The translations under genes were made by a program, and so were the position numbers. The notes beneath the pieces are model-generated. The model was not told the DNA's origin and ran no database searches. It worked only from the letters and a program-made list of their open reading frames with translations. 64,000 nt of DNA from Eledone cirrhosa. Its lineage: Eukaryota. The stretch covers positions 40,300,001-40,364,000 of the forward strand of contig OZ024751.1 in the NCBI GenBank assembly GCA_964016885.1. The letters are read 5' to 3'. Positions 28,110-40,468 of this stretch are shown piece by piece (positions within the stretch are counted from its first letter, which is position 1; each line of letters begins with the position of its first letter).

Positions 28110-31100
28110 TGTGTGTGTTTTTTACTGCTCAGCTAAGGTGACACTAACAGACTCTTGAGGGCCAGTGCTGTGGTTTTACTGCTCAGCTAAGGTGACACTG
28201 ACTAACAGACTCTTGAGGGCCAGTGCTGTGGTTTTACTGCTCAGATAAGGTGACACTGACTAACAGACTCTTCAGGGCAGTGCTGTGGTTTGACTGCTCA
28301 GATAAGGTGACACTGACTAACAGACTCTTGAGGGGCAGTGGTGTGGTTTGATTGCTCAGATAAGGTGACACTGACTAACAGACTCGTGAGGGGCAGTGGT
28401 GTGGTTTGACTGCTCAGATAAGGTGACACTGACTAACAGACTCTTCAGGGCAGTGGTGTGGTTTGACTGCTCAGATAAGGTGACACTGACTAACAGACTC
28501 TTGAGGGGCAGTGGTGTGGTTTGACTGCTCAGATAAGGTGACACTGACTAACAGACTCTTCAGGGCAGTGGTGTGGTTTGACTGCTCAGATAAGGTGACA
28601 CTGACTAACAGACTCTTGAGGGGCAGTGGTGTGGTTTGACTGCTCAGATAAGGTGACACTGACTAACAGACTCTTCAGGGCAGTGGTGTGGTTTGACTGC
28701 TCAGATAAGGTGACACTGACTAACAGACTCTTGAGGGGCAGTGGTGTGGTTTGACTGCTCAGATAAGGTGACACTGACTAACAGACTCTTGAGGGGCAGT
28801 GGTGTGGTTTTACTGCTCAGATAAGGTGACACTGACTAACAGACTCTTGAGGGGCAGTGGTGTGGTTTGACTGCTCAGATAAGGTGACACTGACTAACAG
28901 ACTCTTCAGGGCAGTGGTGTGGTTTGACTGCTCAGATAAGGTGACACTGACTAACAGACTCTTGAGGGGCAGTGGTGTGGTTTGATTGCTCAGATAAGGT
29001 GACACTGACTAACAGACTCGTGAGGGGCAGTGGTGTGGTTTGACTGCTCAGATAAGGTGACACTGACTAACAGACTCTTCAGGGCAGTGGTGTGGTTTGA
29101 CTGCTCAGATAAGGTGACACTGACTAACAGACTCTTCAGAGCAGTGGTGTGGTTTGACTGCTCAGATAAGGTGACACTGACTAACAGACTCTTGAGGGGC
29201 AGTGGTGTGGTTTGACTGCTCAGATAAGGTGACACTGACTAACAGACTCTTGAGGGCTGAGGTGTGGTTTGACTGCTCAGATAAGATGACACTGACTAAC
29301 AGACTCTTGAGGGCTGAGGTGTGGTTTTACTGCTCAGATAAGGTGACACTGACTAACAGACTCTTGAGGGCTGAGGTGTGGTTTTACTACTCAGATAAGG
29401 TGACACTGACTAACAGACTCTTGGGGGCTGAGGTGTGGTTTTACTGCTCAGCTAAGGTGACACTGACTAACAGACTCTTGAGGGCCAGTGCTGTGGTTTT
29501 ACTGCTCAGATAAGGTGACACTGACTAACAGACTCTTGAGGGCTGAGGTGTGGTTTTACTGATCAGATAAGGTGACACTGACTAACAGACTCTTCAGGGC
29601 AGTGCTGTGGTTTGACTGCTCAGATAAGGTGACACTGACTAACAGACTCTTGAGGGCTGAGGTGTGGTTTTACTGCTCAGATAAGGTGACACTGACTAAC
29701 AGACTCGTGAGGGGCAGTGGTGTGGTTTGACTGCTCAGATAAGGTGACACTGACTAACAGACTCTTGAGGGCAGTGGTGTGGTTTTACTGCTCAGATAAG
29801 GTGACACTGACTAACAGACTCGTGAGGGGCAGTGGTGTGGTTTGACTGCTCAGATAAGGTGACACTGACTAACAGACTCTTGAGGGGCAGTGGTGTGGTT
29901 TGACTGCTCAGATAAGGTGACACTGACTAACAGACTCTTCAGGGCAGTGGTGTGGTTTGACTGCTCAGATAAGGTGACACTGACTAACAGACTCTTGAGG
30001 GGCAGTGGTGTGGTTTGACTGCTCAGATAAGGTGACACTGACTAACAGACTCTTCAGGGCAGTGGTGTGGTTTGACTGCTCAGATAAGGTGACACTGACT
30101 AACAGACTCTTGAGGGGCAGTGGTGTGGTTTGATTGCTCAGATAAGGTGACACTGACTAACAGACTCGTGAGGGGCAGTGGTGTGGTTTGACTGCTCAGA
30201 TAAGGTGACACTGACTAACAGACTCTTCAGGGCAGTGGTGTGGTTTGACTGCTCAGATAAGGTGACACTGACTAACAGACTCTTCAGGGCAGTGGTGTGG
30301 TTTGACTGCTCAGATAAGGTGACACTGACTAACAGACTCTTGAGGGGCAGTGGTGTGGTTTGACTGCTCAGATAAGGTGACACTGACTAACAGACTCTTG
30401 AGGGGCAGTGGTGTGGTTTGACTGCTCAGATAAGGTGACACTGACTAACAGACTCTTGAGGGGCAGTGGTGTGGTTTGACTGCTCAGATAAGGTGACACT
30501 GACTAACAGACTCTTGAGGGGCAGTGGTGTGGTTTGACTGCTCAGATAAGGTGACACTGACTAACAGACTCTTGAGGGGCAGTGGTGTGGTTTGACTGCT
30601 CAGATAAGGTGACACTGACTAACAGACTCTTGAGGGGCAGTGGTGTGGTTTTACTGCTCAGATAAGGTGACACTGACTAACAGACTCTTGAGGGCCAGTG
30701 GTGTGGTTTTACTGCTCAGATAAGGTGACACTGACTAACAGACTCTTGAGGGCCAGTGGTGTGGTTTTACTGCTCAGATAACGTGACACTGACTAACAGA
30801 CTCTTGAGGGCTGAGGTGTGGTTTTACTGCTCAGATAAGGTGACACTGACTAACAGACTCTTGAGGGCTGAGGTGTGGTTTTACTGCTCAGCTAAGGTGA
30901 CACTGACTAACAGACTCTTGAGGGCCAGTGCTGTGGTTTTACTGCTCAGATAAGGTGACACTGACTAACAGACTCTTCAGGGCAGTGCTGTGGTTTGACT
31001 GCTCAGATAAGGTGACACTGACTAACAGACTCTTGAGGGCTGAGGTGTGGTTTTACTGCTCAGATAAGGTGACACTGACTAACAGACTCTTGGGGGCCAG

Positions 31101-31540
31101 TGGTGTGGTTTTACTGCTCAGATAAGATGACACTGACTAACAGACTCTTGAGGGCTGAGGTGTGGTTTGACTGCTCAGATAAGGTGACACTGACTAACAG
31201 ACTCTTGAGGGCTGAGGTGTGGTTTGACTGCTCAGATAAGGTGACACTGACTAACAGACTCTTGAGGGCTGAGGTGTGGTTTTACTGCTCAGATAAGGTG
31301 ACACTGACTAACAGACTCTTGGGGGCCAGTGGTGTGGTTTTACTGCTCAGATAAGATGACACTGACTAACAGACTCTTGAGGGGCAGTGGTGTGGTTTTA
31401 CTGCTCAGATAAGGTGACACTGACTAACAGACTCGTGAGGGGCAGTGGTGTGGTTTGACTGCTCAGATAAGGTGACACTGACTAACAGACTCTTGAGGGC
31501 AGTGGTGTGGTTTGATTGCTCAGATAAGGTGACACTGACA
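28110..31540. repeat. Tandem satellite, 57/58-bp unit, about 60 copies
   Basis: Unit CTCAGATAAGGTGACACTGACTAACAGACTCTTGAGGGGCAGTGGTGTGGTTTGACTG, head to tail with no spacers. Confidence 0.97.
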
Positions 31541-32246
31541 TACCGTTGAGAGCGAGAGACAGGCAGAGTGAGAGAGAGGGGGGGGGAGGGGGGGGAGGGG
31601 GGGGGGGGGGAGGGGGAGAATCTCTTAGTATAGGACTAGACCTTTATTTAACGACCCTGAAAGGACAAATGATACCATTGGCTCCGAAGTAATTTGAACT
31701 TGGGGATCAGACATCATAATATACCGAAATATCTACCGCCAGGTATTTTATCTGCTGCCCCTGACGACTCGGCTAATTCCCTGATTTTAGCAAAATATTA
31801 TTAGTTGTTGTTTTCAGTTAATTTAGGCGAAACATCATCCACTGCCAGGATGCCAAGCTGAGCTGGTAACTCTAGATTTGGCGAGAAATTCTCTACACAT
31901 CACAGCAATAGAAATTTTATCTGCAAAACCTGTAAAGTGTTTCACAATTAAACCACAAAAGAATTATGTGGGAGGTTTTGAAAGAAAATGAATATTTTAG
32001 CGTACGGAACTCTGTTCGTTACAACTTGTAGATAACATTAAACGTTGTAACAGCAGTTATACAGAAACAACAACAACAAAGAAATATATTACTATATATT
32101 TTTGGCACCAACCATATATAACTAGCTTTACCAAGAATTTATATACACGCGTACATACATACAGATATACACACACATATATACATATATGAGTGCGTAT
32201 ATATGTATATATATATATATATAACTATCCCTATTTCTCTCTCTCT

Positions 32247-32356
<110 letters not shown>

Positions 32357-32423
32357 GACGTAAATAAGAAAGTTATGAAAATTGACTTACTTACTAAAAT
32401 TTCACTCCAACTAATATACTAAT

Positions 32424-32470
<47 letters not shown>

Positions 32471-33584
32471 TTATATAGAAATATGTCCATATGTGCGTGT
32501 GTGTATATATATATATGCATGTGCATATGTATATATGTGTATGTACAAGTATGTATATAATTATATAAGTATCTGTTTCTCGTTTCCCCCAGTGTTACCA
32601 GTTTTCAAATATATTCTGTGATACCAATTAATTATAGTGGTTATCTAATTTGAACATCAAACGTTATTGCTAACTCCTAATATATCAGTAAGTAGGTCGT
32701 TAGAACGTCGGATAGAATACCTTGCCGTATTCGTTTCGGATATCTGCCCTGTGAGTTCAGATCCCGCTATGGTCAACTTTGCCTTTCATCCTTTTGTGGT
32801 CGATAACAAAAAAAGTATCAATCAAGTACTAGGGCTGGTTCATGGTTATTTTGCCAAATCAAGTGAAAGACCGTCGAGAGCGAATAGTGTGTGCTCACGA
32901 TTTCGTAAAAAAGATCACCTTCCCTCACGAATAACCATGGGATTTTCACCCAGAAAGTTGCCCTTCAAGGAACAAGTCCGGGCAAGGTTGTTTGTGGAAG
33001 ACCAGTAGTCGCCCATGCATACCAGTTTCCACTCTCCACGCCAAGGGTAAGGCAATGATACAGTTTAGCACCAGTGACTTCGCAACTCATTTCTACAGCT
33101 GAGTGAACTGAAATAAACTGTCTTGTTTAAAAACACGACGCAAAGCCTGGTCAGAGAATCGAACTCATAACCTTACTATTGTAAGCCCGACGTTCTAACC
33201 ACTAAGCCATGCACTTTCGTAATTACATAGACTCCTAATATACTTAGTGAAACCCTGATGCATACTACCAAGTCATACACAATTGCGAGTGATGGCTGTG
33301 TTACACTACAGCGTGAGTGAAACAAAGCAGACTAGTCATACACAAGTGATTTAGTTAGATATTAAACAGACTGGAACCATATCTCCTACATACCAAATAT
33401 CTGCTAGACCAAAACCGTAAAACTACATAACATATCAACTGACCGATTAACCAGCCGACAAACCAGCCAACAGACCAGCCAGTAAGCCAACCAGTCAACC
33501 AATAAACCAACCATGATAGCCAACCAGCCAGTCAGCCAGCCAACCAGCCTATATATATATATATATATATACAACACACACACA

Positions 33585-34805
<1,221 letters not shown>

Positions 34806-34814
34806 GTTTTTAAA

Positions 34815-34886
<72 letters not shown>

Positions 34887-34892
<6 letters not shown>

Positions 34893-35538
34893 GTTAAAAA
34901 TGTACATCCACATATGTATACTGAAATACTAGTATGCATATGAATACACACACGTGTACATATGTAGATGTACCGAGTTTTTCACTGGACACTTTACTAT
35001 GAGTGTTCAGCTAGTCTGTATGTAAACACACAGACAAACCGGTGTTTAGAGTCATACTGGTTTTCGAGGAAACACCTTTCCTTAATTAAACCTCGCTTCG
35101 TTTGTAACTCACTTTTGTATGACTGACGCTTAAACAATTAAGTTAAAAAGCTAATTTTCATAGAAAAAGCATATAACAATATGTGCTTTTACGATTCTCT
35201 AGAAAGGCCGGAGGATAGGTAAATATTGCTGATGAGATGTAACAACATCGAAACTAGTCCAATATTCCTGTCTGGCTTTCTGGAGAATAGAGGAAAGGTG
35301 TTTCCTCGAAAACCAGTATGACTCTAAACACCGGTTTGTCTGTGTGTTTACATACAGACTAGCTGAACACTCACAGTAAAGTGTCCAGTGAAAAACTCGG
35401 TACATCTACATATGTACACGTATGTGTATTCATATGCATACTAGTATTTCAGTATACATATGTGGATGTACATTTTTAACTTAATTGTTTAAGCGTCAGT
35501 CATACAAAAGTGAGTTACAAACGAAGCGAGGTTTAATT
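34887..35538. repeat. Inverted, circularly permuted duplication of about 250 bp around the hammerhead
   Basis: 34887-35082 plus 35084-35149 equals the reverse complement of 35291-35538 in permuted order, with 2 mismatches seen. Confidence 0.9.
35222..35266 (+). ncRNA. Textbook minimal type-I hammerhead ribozyme
   Basis: AATATTG-CTGATGA-GATGT AACA ACATC-GAAACTAGTC-CAATATT: 7-bp stem I, 5-bp stem II, palindromic ACTAGT stem III, GUC cleavage after 35259. Confidence 0.85.
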
Positions 35539-35553
35539 TCGTTTCGTTATTTG

Positions 35554-35636
<83 letters not shown>

Positions 35637-35716
35637 TTAAAATAACAGATTAAAGTTTAAGCAAAGAATCGCTGCTTTCATCCTTAACGAGATCTTCTGA
35701 AACTAAAACAAAGGTG

Positions 35717-35898
35717 AATTGGCTGTATCGGTAGAGTGTTGGACCCCTTGCTTTCTAACATAGTTACGTCCCTTTACAGTCTGAGTTCAAATCCCGCCGA
35801 GGTTAACTTTGCCTTTCACCCTTACGGGGTCGATAAAATAAAGTACCAGTAATGTACTGGGTAATTGCTGGCCTTGTGCCTAAAGTAGAAACAATTAT

Positions 35899-35900
<2 letters not shown>
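35717..35900 (+). mobile_element. tRNA-derived SINE, major family
   Basis: GAGTTCAAATCCCGCCGAGGTTAACTTTGCCTTTCA core. Confidence 0.85.
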
Positions 35901-35944
<44 letters not shown>

Positions 35945-36347
35945 TCCGGGAACAGTTCTGTATGGCGCCATATATATATGCAATATGCTAAACACATTTC
36001 TCGTCTCACGTACCGGATATCAATAATAGTTGCATCAAACGTCGTTCGTGAGGAAATTTTATCGCCTTCATTAAACCTAACACCCAGTTGTATCTTTGGT
36101 AGTGACTCTCATTATACATACACGTGTGTGTGTGTATATGTATGTATATATATATATGTATGTATATATATATATGTATGTATATATGTATATGAAGGAA
36201 GTGTGGTAAGGAACCAGGTGGACCATATCGCACCAGAGTACTCGATGCTTTGGGTAGTAGAGTGGGTAATAGGAAAAGGTTCAGGAGCCCGACGGCAGAG
36301 CTCAAGCCGTTTCAACGGCTATTTCTGGACTCGAGTCCAGAAATATG

Positions 36348-36416
<69 letters not shown>

Positions 36417-36427
36417 CAGGTCACCAG

Positions 36428-37025
36428 TTGGTGCTACTGGTAACATGTATCCCAGTACAACCTGTCCCATGGTCGGGTTGTTGGCGACTAAACTGGCAAC
36501 CCCACCAAGGTTTCTTGGTGAGGGGGGTGACTTTGGTCATCCTGCAGGTCTAAAAAAAAAACCTGTCAAAGGGCAAAGGAGCTCTTAAGAGTCAATGGCC
36601 ATCCAAAATCACCGGGAGAGATGACCCCTTAGCCTTTGTCAAGGCAGAATTCTAGGAGAAGGAAAACTCTGATATAACACCTGCAACCCTGATGGTATCC
36701 AATGATGTTGACTTGTTCTTCTTTTTGGTAAATATCATCTTGGTTAAGAGAGTGGGACTGGCTTTGTGCAGTGCCTTTGCTCACTATAAAAGCTTCACGG
36801 CACAGGCATTGCTTTATATCTGGAGATCTCTCTGCACTTGTCGTCACATGGTACCATGGGCCCAGCACTGTGTGTCAATAATTGTCACAAGTGTAGTGTT
36901 TGTACCAGAGTTTTCAAGTCGCTGGCTGGACTAGAAAGTCACACTCGTTCAGCGCATCGGTAGGGGTTCTCCTACATGGATATAAAGTAGTGGCCGTACT
37001 CGAAAACGAGTTGGCAGCCACCACC
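36428..37025 (+). mobile_element. RTE element family A, full-length copy
   Basis: Near-identical to 25327-25926. Confidence 0.9.
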
Positions 37026-37077
37026 ATATATATATAGTAGTGAAAGAGTGAAGAATAGCATGGTCGGCTGTACAAAA

Positions 37078-37154
<77 letters not shown>

Positions 37155-37408
37155 TAATAATAATATATTTGAAGACTAAAATCCAAAGAGGGCTCGATAA
37201 GGATAAATATATATCAAATATATAAGAACCGTAGAGCAAATATTTATTATGTGTATGTGTGTGTGTATGTATGTGTGTGTGTGTGTGTGTGTGTGTTTAC
37301 AAGTGGAGAGATGCTGTGCTGAATAGGACCCGTCCCACCCTTGCAAGCAGGGAAAAGCGAACGTAAAATGATGATGATAATGATGATGATGATGACACAC
37401 ACACACAG

Positions 37409-37446
<38 letters not shown>

Positions 37447-37989
37447 GCACATATATTTAGACGGTGTATTGGCAAGGTCATTAGAATGTGTTGCGGTATT
37501 CATTTCGGCTCTCTGAGTTCAAGCCCCACCATATGGGCTCTGGTTGAGACCCTCTGGTATACATAAACTCTCTCTCCCTGTGTTGATTCCGCTGCTCTCG
37601 CGCAGCTAAGAATCTAGGTATTCTTAGATCAACACTAGTGTTAAATAAGTGCAATTAATTACATATTTTTATTGGTCTTTTGGTGTTATTTTCCTACGAA
37701 ATCTACAGGATTGGTTATTGTGAAAGTATTTGTGTGATATCTAGTAATACAAAATATTTAAGGAAGAAAAAAACCGCACGTAAAGAAGGTTTAAATCCTT
37801 AGAAGGAAGCAATAGTTTTATTGATGGCAAGCTTAGACATTCCTGTAGAGTATTGTCAGAGGGAAATTGTTGTGTAGAGAACACTGTAAAAAGAGTTGAC
37901 CTTACCGTTAAGTGAAATATATTTTAACTAAAACCGGAATTATTACAAATGTGTTTTTAACTGAATGACATCCAACTAAAGATTCCCCC

Positions 37990-38088
<99 letters not shown>

Positions 38089-38379
38089 GAAACAAAAAAA
38101 AAACATCCAATCGGGTTTATTAACATGTTTAAGTAGAGCGTCGGACAACAGGCTTTGCACCATATAGTTACGACCCTTTAAAGTTCTCCGGCGAAATTTA
38201 ATTGTGATTCATATTGATACAGCAGCTGGAGAATCTAATAATTTTATTTTACATTAAAAAAAACATATATGACAAAAGAACATTGCAAGAAATTCCATAT
38301 CTACGAACGTACACTATATATTTACTGATTTCCAAAGCCATCCCCATTATTGCCCCCCCTCCCCTCCTATTATTTGGGA

Positions 38380-39110
38380 CCCGAGAGTGCCACCAAACTC
38401 TCTTCCTCTTTATGTCTATCTCACAAAACTCTTTTAATCCTCCTCTCTATATCTACTAAAACCAAACTCTACCCCTCTTTATATTTACCACGTCATCGCC
38501 TCTCTTATCCCACTCTACATCTAAGACTAATATACTTTCTTACGCTCTATAAATATGGACACTTAGCTCTCCTAATCCCCCTCTGTATATCAGTCACGCC
38601 TAAACTCTCCCTCTCTATATCTACTACACGACACTCTCCCATTATTTCTCTCTGTATATCTACAACCACCACATTTTCCCCCTCTCTGTATCTACTACAC
38701 GGTGCTCTCTTCCAACCTCCTTCTCTATATCAATTAGTACCGAACTCTCTCCCTCTCTATATCTAATATACAACACTCTCCCAACCCCACTCATTATATC
38801 AATTGCCATCAAACTATTCCCCTTTATCTACCATACAACACTCTCTCTCATTCTCTCTCCCAAACCCACCTTTCCATATCAATTACCATCAAACTATCGC
38901 CCTCTCTATATCTACCATACAACACTCTCTCTCATTCTCTCTCCCAAACCCACCTTTCCATATCAATTACCATCAAACTATCGCCCTCTCTATATCTACC
39001 ATATAACACTCTCTCATTCTCTCTCCCAAACCCACCTCTCCATATCAATTACCATCAAACTATCGCCCTCTCTATATCTACCATACAACACTCTCTCTCA
39101 TTCGCTCTCA
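38380..39110. repeat. Degenerate CT-rich minisatellite ending in about 3.5 near-identical 82-84-bp units (38797-39100)
   Basis: Repeated CCCTCTCTATATCTACCATACAACACTCTC motif. Confidence 0.85.
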
Positions 39111-39119
39111 CTATTCATA

Positions 39120-39815
39120 TAATTAAACAGATATGTTGAAATAATTAAACAGATATATTAAAATATTTAAAGAGATCTATTGAAATATTTAAAGAGATCT
39201 ATTGAAATATTTAAAGAGATCTATTGAAATATTTAAACAGATATGTTGAAATAATTAAACAGATATGTTGAAATAATTAAACAGATATGTTGAAATAATT
39301 AAACAGATATATTAAAATATTTAAAGAGATCTATTGAAATATTTAAAGAGATCTATTGAAATATTTAAAGAGATCTATTGAAATATTTAAAGAGATCTAT
39401 TGAAATATTTAAAGAGATCTATTGAAATATTTAAAGAGATCTATTGAAATATTTAAACAGATATGTTGAAATATTTAAACAGATATGTTGAAATAATTAA
39501 ACAGATATATTAAAATATTTAAAGAGATCTATTGAAATAATTAAACAGATATGTTGAAATAATTAAACAGATATGTTGAAATAATTAAACAGATATATTA
39601 AAATATTTAAAGAGATCTATTGAAATATTTAAAGAGATCTATTGAAATATTTAAAGAGATCTATTGAAATATTTAAACAGATATGTTGAAATATTTAAAC
39701 AGATATGTTGAAATAATTAAACAGATATATTGAAATAATTAAACAGTTATACTGAAATAATTAAACAGATACATTGAAATGTTTAAACAGATATATTGAA
39801 ATGTTTAAACAGATA
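39120..39815. repeat. 22-bp AT-rich minisatellite, about 31 copies, two alternating variants
   Basis: AAATATTTAAAGAGATCTATTG / AAATAATTAAACAGATATGTTG. Confidence 0.95.
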
Positions 39816-39945
39816 TTTTGAAAGCAAAATAATTAATAACATTGTATTTCTGTTTTACCAAGTTAGTGTCGCTGCATTATTTCATTCTGCGATGTTGTAT
39901 TATATACATATACATACATGCATACGTATATATATATATATATAT

Positions 39946-40096
<151 letters not shown>

Positions 40097-40244
40097 CATG
40101 TATATATACGTGTGTTTGTATAAGTATATGTATGTATGTTTGTGTGTGTATAGGTGTGTGCTTGTATAAGTATATGTATATATATATGTATATATGTCTA
40201 TATGTATATATGTATGTATATGTATATATATGTATGTATGTATG

Positions 40245-40278
<34 letters not shown>

Positions 40279-40468
40279 TGTATGTATGTATGTATGTATG
40301 TATGTATGTATGTATGTAGGTATATATGTATATATGTATGTGTATGTATGTATGTATGTATGTATGTATGTATGTATGAATGTATGTATATATGTATATA
40401 TGTATGTATATGTATATGTATATGTATGTATGTATGTATGTATGTATGAACTAGTCGTAAGTTTCCGG

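Noticed and set aside
28110-31540. CRISPR-like array or coding repeat
   Set aside because: No unique spacers, no cas genes, eukaryotic context. ORFs are short and frame-shifting. CTGAAGA occurs on minus in some units but without GAAA, so it is not a hammerhead.
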